Shown piece by piece: positions 46,361-57,400 of a DNA stretch of 64,000 nucleotides; the stretch's first letter is position 1; each line of letters begins with the position of its first letter. Under the pieces are notes generated by a model. It was not told the origin of the DNA, did no database searches, and worked only from the letters and a program-made list of their open reading frames with translations. The stretch spans positions 1,216,001 through 1,280,000 of the forward strand of contig CAWFKH010000003.1 in NCBI GenBank assembly GCA_963816355.1, written 5' to 3'. The DNA comes from an uncultured Gemmatimonadales bacterium (lineage in GTDB: Bacteria > Gemmatimonadota > Gemmatimonadetes > Longimicrobiales > RSA9). The translations under genes were made by a program, and so were the position numbers.

Positions 46361-48751
46361 TCAGCCCTCCTGGAGCTGCGGTGCGGGCGTGCTTTCCGCT
46401 TCGTCGCCTTCCTCGACGCCGTAGCCGGGCAGATAGCCGTAGTAGCCGTAGACCTGCTCGCGCGGCACGTCGTTCAGCACCACCCCCAGAACCCGGATCG
46501 GCATCCGCTCCAGCATCGGCAGCTTCGACTCCATCAACTGGCGGTCCGTCGTGCCGGTCCGTACGACGAGCACCAGATTGCCGGCCAGCGCGCCGAGCAT
46601 GAACGCATCGGCGCCCGCACCCATCGGCGGACTGTCGATCAGGATGATGTCGTAGCGCGGCCGCAGGTGCGCCAGCAGCTGCCGCAGCGCCGCCGACCCG
46701 AGCAGCTCCGGTGATTTCGCGATCCTCGTTCCGCTCGCGATCAGCTGCAACGAGGGATACTCGGTCTCCTGCACGACCTCCTCGATGGTGAGGCCGCCGC
46801 GCAGGAAGTCCGTCAGGCCGGGAACCCGCTGGCGGCGCACCAGCCGGTGCAGCGCGCCACGCCGGGTGTCGCCGTCGATCAGCAGCACGCGCCGGCCGAG
46901 GTCCGCGTACGACAGCGCGAGGTTGCTCGTCAGCATCGACTTCCCGTCCCCGCTGCCCGCGCTCGACACCGCGACCACCATGGGACCCGCGGACCCGTGC
47001 GCGTGCGCGAGGCTCAGGCGCAACTCCCGGAGCGACTCGACCGCCTGCTGCACCGTCGACGCCCCGCCGTTCAGGCGACCGTTGCGCGACACGTGCGGCA
47101 GCGTCCCCAGGATCGGGAGCCCGAGGCCCTGCGTAACCTGCTCCGGGTAGCGGAACTTCGGGTCCACGCGGTCGCGCAGCACTGCGCCCAGCAGTCCAAT
47201 ACCCAGACTGCCCAGGAACGCCAGCGCAATCGCCTGCAGCTTCGTGTTCTGCACCGGCTTGTTCGGCACCGCCGCGCGGTCCAGGATACGCACGTCCGGG
47301 ATGCTGCTCACCGCCGAGAGGCGCGCCTCCTCGTAGCGCTGCTGGAGCGTCGTGTACAGGTTGTCCGCGATCGCCACTTGCCGGCGCAGCCGCGCCTCCT
47401 CGATCGCCCGCGGCGGGATCTGCTGCAGGTCCTGCGACGCCGATCCGATCTGCTGCGAGACCTCCCGCTCCCGCTGCGCCAGGCTCTTGTCGAGCGCTCC
47501 GGCAATGCGCGGAATCGTCTGCTCCTGCAGTACCCGGACCTCCTCCTCCAACTGCTTCACCGGCGGGTGCTCTTCGGTGTACTTGTAGCGCAGCGCCCGC
47601 AGACTCGCCTGCTTCTCGGTCAGCTCCTTCAACGCGTTCGTGAGCTCCGTCGAGCGCTGCACGGAGGGGACCACCTCCAGCGCCTCCACGCTCACGCCCC
47701 CCTTCAGGCCCTGCTCGATCGCGTCCCGGTCCTGACTGATCTGGTCCGCCTCCATCTTCATCTTGAAATAGTTGTCGAACACCGGGTCCTGCGTCACCTG
47801 CAGCCCCGGCGCGACCGGGCTCGCACGCTCCGACGGCAGCGTGATCGTATGAACGCGGAACGCTTCCAGTTGCCCTTCCGCGCTGCGCAGGTTGCCTTCC
47901 GAGCGCGTCAGCTGCTCCTGCAGGATCTTCGTCAGCTCGTCCAGCTTCGCCCGCTTCAGTTCCGCCGCCGTCTCGACGTAGCGATCGAGCACGACGTTCA
48001 GCGTCGCCGCCACCTGCTCCGGCGGCGCGCCCACGAGCTGCAGGCTCAGGAATTTGCCGTTCTGGTCGATCGTCGTCTGCATCTCGCGCGCGAGCTGCAG
48101 CGACGCCTCGCGCGGCACGTTCACGGCGAACTTCAGCGTCCGCCCCGGCCGCAGCACCTTTGCCGTCGGTTGCCACGCGATGCCGGCCGCCGCGCCCACC
48201 GAATCACCCACCTGCCCCGTCTCGACCACCGACCCGGCCGCCGTCTGCAGCGTGAAGGTGCGGCCGTCCTTCGCGACCTCCAACTCGTACTCACCGGGGC
48301 GGAACCGGTCCTTCAGGTCGAAGTCCGCGAAGTCGCTTCGCTCGGCATCCCCTTGGGGCTCCACGTAGAGGTGTTGCTTGCGCACCACGTAGTCGAGCAC
48401 CTTGAAGGAGCGCAGCAGGTCCACCCACGCCAGCGACTGGTCCAGCAGCCCGCCCGTCTGGATCGGCCCCCGCTCCTCCGCTCCTCTCCCTTCGCTGTCG
48501 ATCCAGACCGTCGCCTGCGCACGGTACTTCAGCGGGATGAAACGAGCCGCCACGATTCCGGCGCCCGTGCCCAGAATCGTAATGATTAGAATCATCCACT
48601 TGTAACGTTTCGCTGCGGCCAGGTAGCGCCGCACGCTCGCCATCGCGTTCGCATCCGCGCCCCCTTCCGCATCGTATTCCCATTCCGGAATCGACGACGA
48701 CCCCACCGTCACCGCGTGTTCGCCCGCATCGTAGGGCGCTGGATGATTCAT
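46361..48751 (-). CDS. wzc: Polysaccharide co-polymerase / BY-kinase (Wzc/GumC-like)
   Basis: Two TM helices, coiled coil, Y.EEHP.V, ESLRELR, Walker A GSGDGKS, LIDGD.R, IIDSPP, Tyr cluster VYGYYGYLPGYG. Confidence 0.92.
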   Translation of the reverse strand: MNHPAPYDAGEHAVTVGSSSIPEWEYDAEGGADANAMASVRRYLAAAKRYKWMILIITILGTGAGIVAARFIPLKYRAQATVWIDSEGRGAEERGPIQTGGLLDQSLAWVDLLRSFKVLDYVVRKQHLYVEPQGDAERSDFADFDLKDRFRPGEYELEVAKDGRTFTLQTAAGSVVETGQVGDSVGAAAGIAWQPTAKVLRPGRTLKFAVNVPREASLQLAREMQTTIDQNGKFLSLQLVGAPPEQVAATLNVVLDRYVETAAELKRAKLDELTKILQEQLTRSEGNLRSAEGQLEAFRVHTITLPSERASPVAPGLQVTQDPVFDNYFKMKMEADQISQDRDAIEQGLKGGVSVEALEVVPSVQRSTELTNALKELTEKQASLRALRYKYTEEHPPVKQLEEEVRVLQEQTIPRIAGALDKSLAQREREVSQQIGSASQDLQQIPPRAIEEARLRRQVAIADNLYTTLQQRYEEARLSAVSSIPDVRILDRAAVPNKPVQNTKLQAIALAFLGSLGIGLLGAVLRDRVDPKFRYPEQVTQGLGLPILGTLPHVSRNGRLNGGASTVQQAVESLRELRLSLAHAHGSAGPMVVAVSSAGSGDGKSMLTSNLALSYADLGRRVLLIDGDTRRGALHRLVRRQRVPGLTDFLRGGLTIEEVVQETEYPSLQLIASGTRIAKSPELLGSAALRQLLAHLRPRYDIILIDSPPMGAGADAFMLGALAGNLVLVVRTGTTDRQLMESKLPMLERMPIRVLGVVLNDVPREQVYGYYGYLPGYGVEEGDEAESTPAPQLQEG

Positions 48752-48829
48752 CTCTGATCTGCCGTTCCCTGCGTTGGCCTGATCCTTCCACCGGCTCCTC
48801 TGAAGCCGGCAACGGAATTGCACTCGTCC

Positions 48830-48845
48830 AGCAAGGTCGATACCC
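48830..48845 (-). promoter_or_regulatory. Candidate sigma54 (-24/-12) promoter for wzc
   Basis: Minus strand GGGTATCGACCTTGCT = GG-N10-GC with TTGC, ~80 bp upstream of the wzc ATG; a sigma54 activator gene is adjacent. Confidence 0.45.
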
Positions 48846-48965
48846 GCGACCCGCGCGCTTCCTTCACAGACGCCTCCGCAACGCCCGGAATCGCGCGGGG
48901 CGCACGTGCCACGACCGGCTCCGAAAGCTGAATCTCGCGCGCGGCAGCAGGCCCGACGGGGGGCG

Positions 48966-48981
48966 CGGCACGCAAATTGAC
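48966..48981 (+). promoter_or_regulatory. Sigma54-like element upstream of the activator gene
   Basis: CGGCACGCAAATTGAC: near-consensus -24 (GGCACG) but GA instead of GC at -12. Confidence 0.35.
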
Positions 48982-49102
48982 GCAGCGGCGCAACACCTCA
49001 GGCGTCGTTCGAGGAGAATCGTTGCGCAAACTCGACACGGTCAACCATGCTTCGAATGGGAGCCTGCGGGAGCGTTCCGCAAGAGTCGATGAGGAGAGGA
49101 CC

Positions 49103-50642
<1,540 letters not shown>

Positions 50643-50656
<14 letters not shown>

Positions 50657-51734
50657 ATCTGTGGCGGACGCGGACATCCAGGCTGCACACCGACTTCTGA
50701 AGGAGGCGCTCGAAGCGACCGCGGAGCGCTGGCGCGAGCGCGACGATCTGCCCCTCCTCCTCGACACCGATCCGGACGTCGAGCTCGCCGCGATCGCCGC
50801 CGCCATCCGCGACACGCTCGACGCAGCTACGCCCCTCCAGCTCGAAGGCGGCGCCAATCCGATCCTGCGACGCCGCCTCGCCGAACGCCTCCAGCGCGAG
50901 ATCGTGCGCGCATGGCAGCGGCAGGACGTCCCCGATTCTCCCACGGACATCCTCCCGCTGCTCCAGGCCGCGATCGCCGCCGCCGACCGGCTCAATCCGG
51001 AGGGAGGCCAGGATCCCGCCGCCCTCCTCTCCTCGCCCGACGGCCTCGGCCTCATCTCCGAGATCGCCCACGACCTGCGCTCGCCGCTCTCCGCCGTCCT
51101 CTTCCTCTCCGATACGCTGCGGCGCGGTCACAGCGGCGAGATCAACGAGGTCCAGCGTCGCCAGATCGGCCTCATCTACTCCGCTACGCTCGCCCTCATC
51201 AACGTGGCCAGCGACGTCATCGAGCTCTCCCGCGGCGGCAATCACCTCTCCGAGGGCGAGCTGCGGCCCTTCTCCATCGCGCAGACCCTCGAGTCCGTCC
51301 GCAACATCGTCGAGCCGATGGCCGCTGAGAAGCACGTCGCGCTGCGCCTCCGTGGCGCCGACCCGGACCGCCGCCTCGGGCATCCGGTCGCCGTCAGCCG
51401 CGTCCTCCTCAACCTCGCCTCCAACGCGATCCGGTACACCGAGGAGGGCTTCGTCGAGATCGTCGTTCGGCCCGCCGGGCGCACGCGCCTTCGTTTCACC
51501 GTCCGCGACACCGGGCCCGGCATCTCGGAAGACGAGCAGCGCACGCTCTTCATGCCGTTCCGCAACCGGCCGGACCGCGGCTATCAGTTCTCCGGAACCG
51601 GACTCGGACTCAGCATCGCCCGCCGCCTCGTGCAGGCGATGGGCGCTGAGTTGAGCTTCGAGACCAATCCCGGATGGGGTACCGCCTTTCATTTCGAGAT
51701 CGACGCCCCGCCCGCGCCGCCCGACCCGGTCTGA
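50643..51734 (+). CDS. Cytoplasmic sensor histidine kinase (HisKA + HATPase)
   Basis: IAHDLRSPL (H box), LNLASNAIRYT (N box), VRDTGPGI, F.PF, GTGLGLSI; no evident TM helix. Confidence 0.92.
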
Positions 51735-51849
51735 AGATCCACGCCGCAGCGCCGTTGTCGTAATCTCTCCACAACCGTTGGAGCACCGCCGCAACCGCGG
51801 CCGCTCCCGGCCGACGGCCATGTTTCTGTAATCTACTGTCACGCAACGA

Positions 51850-51897
51850 GTTATTGCATCAAGGGGCGGATCGCGACCTTCGCGAACGCGCCTTGCA
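51850..51897 (+). promoter_or_regulatory. Regulatory module copy 1: GTTATTGCA ... CGCGAACG-N4-TTGCA
   Basis: Both motifs recur in the same order at 52321-52380. Confidence 0.5.
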
Positions 51898-51935
51898 TGT
51901 AGCAGGGCGACGCGAAATACGCTCAGCCGGTGTCG

Positions 51936-51974
51936 ACGCCCGCTCGGGAATCCCGAGTGGGCGTTCTGTTTTTC
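51936..51974 (+). terminator. Intrinsic terminator
   Basis: 13-bp stem ACGCCCGCTCGGG-AAT-CCCGAGTGGGCGT (one G-U pair) followed by TCTGTTTTTC. Confidence 0.7.
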
Positions 51975-52320
51975 GGGCGTCATGAGAACGCCGGCGAGCC
52001 GGGGCGCGGCGCGCCGGGCTGACCCGAATCGAGGCGAGGAAGAGGAGACGGTGGAAAGTGCACGCTTGGGAGCTTCACCCTCTTCCTTTTCTCCACGTCG
52101 CCGACGGCGGAGAACACGACGTTCGAGGACCCCGCTGCTCGGCACCGGCTGCTCGGACTGCTCGTGGTCGGTGCGCGCCGGCGTTGCAGCGGGATGGATG
52201 CGCACCGCGCGTCTTGACGACCGGCGAGCGGCCGCCGCCTGTGGCAGGCGCCCAACACCTCGTTGGGGGGTTGCCGCAAGAAGCGTGGCGGAAGCCCCAA
52301 GCCCATTTTTCATAAATCGT

Positions 52321-52380
52321 GTTATTGCAACCATTTACGGGATTTCGCGGTGCCCACGACGTGCGCGAACGGCCCTTGCA
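52321..52380 (+). promoter_or_regulatory. Regulatory module copy 2 (sigma54-like) upstream of the EPS/exosortase operon
   Basis: GTTATTGCA at 52321, CGCGAACGGCCCTTGCA at 52364-52380; 60 bp before the priming transferase start, which has a GAGGAGG RBS. Confidence 0.5.
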
Positions 52381-52439
52381 CAGTAGGCGGGCGCAGTCGG
52401 AAGTCGGACGGGCTTGACCAGAGATCCAGAGGAGGCTGA

Positions 52440-53189
52440 GTGCATTCCTCCGTAGACAAGATACAGAGAGTGGAGGCGGTCGCGGGAATCGGTGCGGCCC
52501 CGGCGGCGGCGTCGGAGCTTCATCTGGTGCTCGCGGAGCCACCGCAGGTGTCGCCGGGCGAACGGGCGCGTCGCCTGCTTAACGTGGGAATCGCGTTGGT
52601 GCTGCTGCTGTTGTCGGCGCCGCTGATCCTGATCGTGGCGCTGCTGGTCCGGCTGTCGAGCCGCGGTCCGGTGATCTACCGTCAGACGCGGGTGGGGGTG
52701 GACCGCCGGCAGGGGAAGCCGGGAGGCAACTGGCGGCGCAAGACGGATCTGGGCGGCCGCCCGTTCACGGTCTACAAGTTCCGGACGATGACGTGGGAGG
52801 GCCCCGGCGGCGACGAGGTGTGGGCGACGCCGGACGATCCGCGGATCACGTGGGTCGGCCACTTCCTTCGGCGCACACGGCTGGACGAGCTGCCACAGCT
52901 CTTCAACGTGCTGAAGGGGGACATGAACGTGGTGGGGCCGCGTCCGGAGCAGCCGCAGATCTTCGCGAAGCTGCGCGACCACATCGATCAGTATCCACAC
53001 CGGCAGAAGGTGCTTCCGGGAATCACCGGGCTGGCGCAGATCAATCATCACTACGACCGCAGCATCGAGGATGTGAAGACGAAGGTTCGCTTCGATCTCG
53101 AGTATCTGGAACGGGCCTCCGTGCTGCACGACCTGTCGATTCTGGCGAAGACCGTTCCGGTGGTCGTCTTCAGGAAGGGTGCCTGGTAG
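52440..53189 (+). CDS. Priming (polyprenyl-phosphate) sugar transferase
   Basis: [61 protein letters not shown]. Confidence 0.93.
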   Translation: MHSSVDKIQRVEAVAGIGAAPAAASELHLVLAEPPQVSPGERARRLLNVGIALVLLLLSAPLILIVALLVRLSSRGPVIYRQTRVGVDRRQGKPGGNWRRKTDLGGRPFTVYKFRTMTWEGPGGDEVWATPDDPRITWVGHFLRRTRLDELPQLFNVLKGDMNVVGPRPEQPQIFAKLRDHIDQYPHRQKVLPGITGLAQINHHYDRSIEDVKTKVRFDLEYLERASVLHDLSILAKTVPVVVFRKGAW

Positions 53190-53190
53190 G

Positions 53191-54114
53191 GTGAGCACGG
53201 TCTCGACGGAGATCCCGCCTCGCGCTCCTGCGCGAAGCGGGATCGGCGCGTATTCGACGGCGAGGCGCCTGGCGGGTCCCGCAGGCGTCTTCACGCTGGG
53301 CATCGCGTTCGCGGTGCTCTTCTGGACGCCGTTGTGGACGTTCGGCCGCGACCTCTGGAGCGACCCGGACGCGAGCCACGGACTGCTGCTCGTGCCGATC
53401 GCTTTCGTGCTGGCGTGGAAACGGGGCGTCGCGCCGCGGGCGCGGGCCCAGCCGGTGCTCGGTTTCGCCCTGCTGGTCGCCGCCGTGATGCTTCGCTACC
53501 TCTCGGGCCTCGCCGCGGAAGTCTTCACCATGCGGCTCTCACTGCTGCTCGGTGCCGCGGGCGTGGTGGTTCTCTACCTCGGTGTTCGACAGCTCCTGCA
53601 CTGGTGGTTGCCGGTGCTGCTGATCGGGCTCTCGGTCCCGCTGCCGGTCGTGCTTACGAACACGATCGCCTTCCCGCTGCAGCTCAAGGCGTCCCAGATG
53701 GGCGCCACGCTGCTCGAGCTGCGCCACGTGCCGGTGCGGCTGAGCGGGAACGTGATCGACCTGCCCGGGCAGCGGTTGTTCGTGACGGAGGCGTGCAGCG
53801 GGCTGCGCTCGCTGACGGCGCTGATCGCGCTCGGCGTGCTGATCGGCGGCCTCTGGCTGCGCTATCCGGTGACGCGCCTGCTGCTCGTGGCGGCCGCGAT
53901 ACCGGTGGCGATGGTGTTGAACGGGATCCGCGTCTTCCTGACCGGGTTCCTGGTCTTCTTCGTGAGCCCGGAGCTGGGTCGCGGCTTCATGCACCTGACG
54001 GAGGGTTGGATCGTCTTCGTCTTCGCGTTCGTGATTCTGGGCGGCGTCGCGTGGGTTCTCGACCGCGGCGAAGCGCTCTTGAGGCGCCGGCGCGCGCGGG
54101 AGGTGACACCGTGA
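53191..54114 (+). CDS. epsH: Exosortase (EpsH family)
   Basis: Multi-TM; SHGLLLVP, PLQL, catalytic triad motifs VTEACSGLRS (Cys), NGIRV (Arg), FMHLTEG (His). Confidence 0.93.
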   Translation: MSTVSTEIPPRAPARSGIGAYSTARRLAGPAGVFTLGIAFAVLFWTPLWTFGRDLWSDPDASHGLLLVPIAFVLAWKRGVAPRARAQPVLGFALLVAAVMLRYLSGLAAEVFTMRLSLLLGAAGVVVLYLGVRQLLHWWLPVLLIGLSVPLPVVLTNTIAFPLQLKASQMGATLLELRHVPVRLSGNVIDLPGQRLFVTEACSGLRSLTALIALGVLIGGLWLRYPVTRLLLVAAAIPVAMVLNGIRVFLTGFLVFFVSPELGRGFMHLTEGWIVFVFAFVILGGVAWVLDRGEALLRRRRAREVTP

Positions 54115-54752
54115 CGCGGACGACGAGCACCTGGATCGCGGCCGGCATCCTCGGCTTCGGCGCGCTGCTCACGCTCGGCTTCGTGCGCGAGCAACGACGG
54201 ATGCCGCTGCGCGAGCCGTTGTCGGCGGCGGTGCCGCGGACGCTGGCCGGAGAGGGCGGCGAGGATGTGACGATCTCGCCGGAAGAGCAGCGCGTGGCCG
54301 GCATGAGTCAGTACGTCATGCGGGCGTACGGCCCGGATGCCGCCAGCGGTTTCTCGGTCTATGTCGGCTACTACGAGCGCCAGTCCCAGGGCCGGACCAT
54401 CCACTCGCCGAAGAACTGCCTGCCGGGCGCGGGTTGGGAGCCGCTCTCCTCGCGCCGCGAGACGATCGCGGTGGGGGATCAACGCGTGCCGGTGAATCGC
54501 TATCTGCTGCAGAACGGAGGACATCAGGCGCTCGTGCTCTACTGGTACCAGGGCCGCGGCCGCATCGTGGCGAACGAGTACCGGGTGAAGCTGAACCTGC
54601 TTCGCGATCAGGCGCTGCTCGGCCGCAGCGACGAAGCGCTCGTGCGCGTCGTCGTACCGGTCGTGAACGGCGAGGCCGCGGCCTATTCACGTGCGACAGA
54701 GGTCGCGCGCGAACTGGTGCCGGCGGTACGCCGTGCGCTACCGTCGGCCTGA
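54111..54752 (+). CDS. epsI: Exosortase-associated EpsI family protein
   Basis: N-terminal TM; VYVGYY..Q..G.TIHSPKNCLPGAGW, VLYWYQ, R.D.ALVRV. Confidence 0.92.
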   Translation: MTRTTSTWIAAGILGFGALLTLGFVREQRRMPLREPLSAAVPRTLAGEGGEDVTISPEEQRVAGMSQYVMRAYGPDAASGFSVYVGYYERQSQGRTIHSPKNCLPGAGWEPLSSRRETIAVGDQRVPVNRYLLQNGGHQALVLYWYQGRGRIVANEYRVKLNLLRDQALLGRSDEALVRVVVPVVNGEAAAYSRATEVARELVPAVRRALPSA

Positions 54753-54832
54753 CCGCCATGACGACGATGACGAAGCCGGCGAGGCCGCCCTCGATCGTGG
54801 CAGGGCGGGCCCAAGCGAGAGAAGAGAGGGTC

Positions 54833-55339
54833 ATGCGAACCAGGAGTTTCCTGCCATCCGTGTACGTGCTTTGCGCGGCTCTGGTGGCGATCCCGGTCTT
54901 CGACACGCTGGTCGAGACGTGGCCCCTGCAACTGAGCCAGATCCGCTGGCGCTTCGGCGCGGTCGGCATCGGCCTCGGCCACGCAAATACCGCCGTGCTG
55001 GGCATCGTCCTCGCGATGGCGGTGGCGGCGGCGCTGGAACAGAGGAAGGTTTTGCGAACGCTCTCCTTCCTCTCGCTCCTCGGCTTCGTCGTGATCGCGG
55101 CCGTGCTGTCGGTGTTCGCGCTGGACATGCTGCAGATGCGGCCGGCGCTGAACGCGAACGTGCGGGGCGCCTACGACGCGGCGTCGATGAAAGCGTTCTT
55201 TGCAGGTGTCTGTTTCACCGTAGTACTGCTCGTGGTGGCGGTGGCGGGGCTACGCGCCACGAAGCGCGCGCGCAATCGAGCGCCGCGGCAGGAGATCCTC
55301 GAACCACTCATCCCCGCCGGAAAGGAGAGTACCGTATGA
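54833..55339 (+). CDS. Hypothetical 4-TM membrane protein
   Basis: Four hydrophobic segments, WP..L....WRFGAVG; ATGA-coupled to the PEP-CTERM gene; alternative start 54758. Confidence 0.7.
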   Translation: MRTRSFLPSVYVLCAALVAIPVFDTLVETWPLQLSQIRWRFGAVGIGLGHANTAVLGIVLAMAVAAALEQRKVLRTLSFLSLLGFVVIAAVLSVFALDMLQMRPALNANVRGAYDAASMKAFFAGVCFTVVLLVVAVAGLRATKRARNRAPRQEILEPLIPAGKESTV

Positions 55340-55950
55340 AACGGATCTTACCGAGAGTTCGCCGTGGTGCACTGGCGCTCGCGCTCCTCGTGGGCGTGGC
55401 GGCACCGGCCGCGGCACAGACCACCTGGAATGGAGGTGACGTGTGGTTCCGCTTCGTGTTCTCGGACGCGAGGTACGCGGACCTGATGCTGGTCGCAGGT
55501 ACGACCGATCAGTCCGTGTTCAACAACCACATGGCCACGCCGGGCGATGAGGTTTCGATCACCGAGGCGCAGCTCCTCAGCATGGGCTACGGCTTCGGTG
55601 ACGACCTCATCTTCAAGCTGAACGTGTGCACCGAAGGCGGCATGATCCTGTGCGCGTCCGGTGCGGACTTCACGTGGCTCAGCACCGACCCGCAGCACGC
55701 GATGTTCTCGGGTGCGGTGGGTACCCCGAACCCGACGGCGAACGCCCTCTACAACCACTCGATCGGGTGGGAGGACAAGCCGCCGGAGATCTCCGACTTC
55801 GACTACAACGACATCATCGTCGACTACTCCCTGCAGCAGACTGTGCCGGAGCCGACGACGTGGGCGCTGATGCTCACGGGCCTCTTCGGCCTGGTGGCGT
55901 TCGGTTGGTACCGTCGGAAGAACGTGGCCGGTTCGGGCATTCTCGCCTGA
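55336..55950 (+). CDS. PEP-CTERM (PEPxxWA-type) sorted surface protein with a DUF4114-like motif
   Basis: Signal peptide; GWEDKPPEISDFDYNDIIV; C-terminal VPEPTTWALMLTGLFGLVAFGWYRRK. Confidence 0.9.
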   Translation: MKRILPRVRRGALALALLVGVAAPAAAQTTWNGGDVWFRFVFSDARYADLMLVAGTTDQSVFNNHMATPGDEVSITEAQLLSMGYGFGDDLIFKLNVCTEGGMILCASGADFTWLSTDPQHAMFSGAVGTPNPTANALYNHSIGWEDKPPEISDFDYNDIIVDYSLQQTVPEPTTWALMLTGLFGLVAFGWYRRKNVAGSGILA

Positions 55951-55974
55951 CCCGTCCGCGACCAGGTGGTAAGG

Positions 55975-56008
55975 AAGGGGCCCGCACGAACGTGCGGGCC
56001 TTTTTCTT
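55975..56008 (+). terminator. Intrinsic terminator after the PEP-CTERM gene
   Basis: GGCCCGCACG-AA-CGTGCGGGCC followed by TTTTTCTT. Confidence 0.85.
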
Positions 56009-56062
56009 GCTACCCCACCCGCGTGACTCGACCGTTCGACGCACACTCCGGCAGGACCCAAC

Positions 56063-57262
56063 GTGAGAATCGGAATCATCGCCCCGGAGCTGGGAGCAGG
56101 TCCGGGCGGGATGCAGGAGTTTCCGCGCCAGGTGGCGCGTCACCTGGCGGACACCGACGACGTCGTCCTCTTCGCGGTTCCGGGCGCGCCCGCCCCGGCG
56201 CCCGCTATCGCAATGCGTGCCGTTCCGCACCGCGACCTCGCCCTCCTCCCGGAGCGCCTCGACGCCGAGCCGGTCGACGTCTGGTTCGCCTGCAACGCGG
56301 CACTCGCCACGATCGCGCCGCAGCTCCGCGCACCGACGGTCGTGTATCTCAACGGCAAGGACTTCCTGGCGCCCTGGATCGGCGTGGCGCGCCCGTGGAT
56401 CACCTGGATCGCGGGCCTGCGCGGCGCATGGAGGCTCGCCGACCCCCTGCGGACGCGCGTGTGGCGGCGCGACATCCGGCGCGGCTCGCACTCCGTCGCT
56501 CGGCTGCTCGCGAACAGCGCCTACACCGCCGCTCTGGCTGCGCGCGCGCTCCGCGTCCCCCGAGCCAGGATCGGCATCCTCCACCCCGGCGTGGCCGACG
56601 AGTTCTTCCGGCACGGGAAGTCGCCGCGCCCCTCCGCGCCCCTCCGCATCCTGACCGTGGCCCGGCTCGCCCGGTGGAGTCTCCGCAAGAACGTCGACGG
56701 CCTGATCCGGGCCGTCGCCCTGCTCCCTCCGGGAATCGTCGAAACGTGCGACGTCGTCGGCGACGGGGACGATCGGCCCCGCCTCGAGGCGCTCGCGCAC
56801 AGCCTCCACCTGGACGGCCGCGTTCGCTTCCTCGGCTCCGTGAGCCGCGAAGATCTGCTGGCCCGCTACGCCGAGGCGGATCTCTTCGTCCTCGTGCCCA
56901 CCCAGGGCGGAGGCGACGTCGAGGGCTTCGGAATGGTCTACGTCGAAGCCGCCGCGGCCGGCGTGCCCTCCATCGCCGCCCTCCACAGCGGCGGCTCCGA
57001 CGCCGTCGCGGACGGTGTGAGCGGTCTCCTGCTCTCCTCCACCCAGCCGGCCGCCATCGCCTCGGCCATCCGCCGGGTCCGCGCCGCGCCCCAGCAGTTC
57101 TCCCCCGAACAGGTCCGTGCCCACGCGGAGCGCTTCCGCTGGCCACGCATCGTGAGCGCGCTGCGGGCGGAGCTGCTCGCGGTCGCGGCCGCACGGCCGG
57201 CGGGCGACATGTTGCACGCTCGCCACATTTCGTCGGCCGGCCGTACGGTTGACGGTCGGTGA
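56063..57262 (+). CDS. Glycosyltransferase family 4
   Basis: GGMQE, ANS.YT, HPGV, TVARL...KNVD, VGDG, EGFGMVYVEAAAAGVP, V.DGVSG. Confidence 0.92.
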   Translation: MRIGIIAPELGAGPGGMQEFPRQVARHLADTDDVVLFAVPGAPAPAPAIAMRAVPHRDLALLPERLDAEPVDVWFACNAALATIAPQLRAPTVVYLNGKDFLAPWIGVARPWITWIAGLRGAWRLADPLRTRVWRRDIRRGSHSVARLLANSAYTAALAARALRVPRARIGILHPGVADEFFRHGKSPRPSAPLRILTVARLARWSLRKNVDGLIRAVALLPPGIVETCDVVGDGDDRPRLEALAHSLHLDGRVRFLGSVSREDLLARYAEADLFVLVPTQGGGDVEGFGMVYVEAAAAGVPSIAALHSGGSDAVADGVSGLLLSSTQPAAIASAIRRVRAAPQQFSPEQVRAHAERFRWPRIVSALRAELLAVAAARPAGDMLHARHISSAGRTVDGR

Positions 57263-57400
57263 AGGCGCGGCTTGATTCTTGAACCGGTGGCACGAGCGGA
57301 AACGAGTGAACAGCCCATTGCGAACCGAGCGAAAGACAGGTTGAGCGCAGAAGCAACGGCTCAGACGGCCGGTCGCCTTCCGACCGCCGCCGACGAGCGC

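Noticed and set aside
51900..51975. c-di-GMP riboswitch
   Set aside because: The conserved GEMM elements could not be matched by eye
51982..52386. Small ORFs in the 700-bp gap (51982-52386, 52058-52315, 51980-52306)
   Set aside because: No motifs, low-complexity composition, and overlap with the putative promoter; unsupported without homology data
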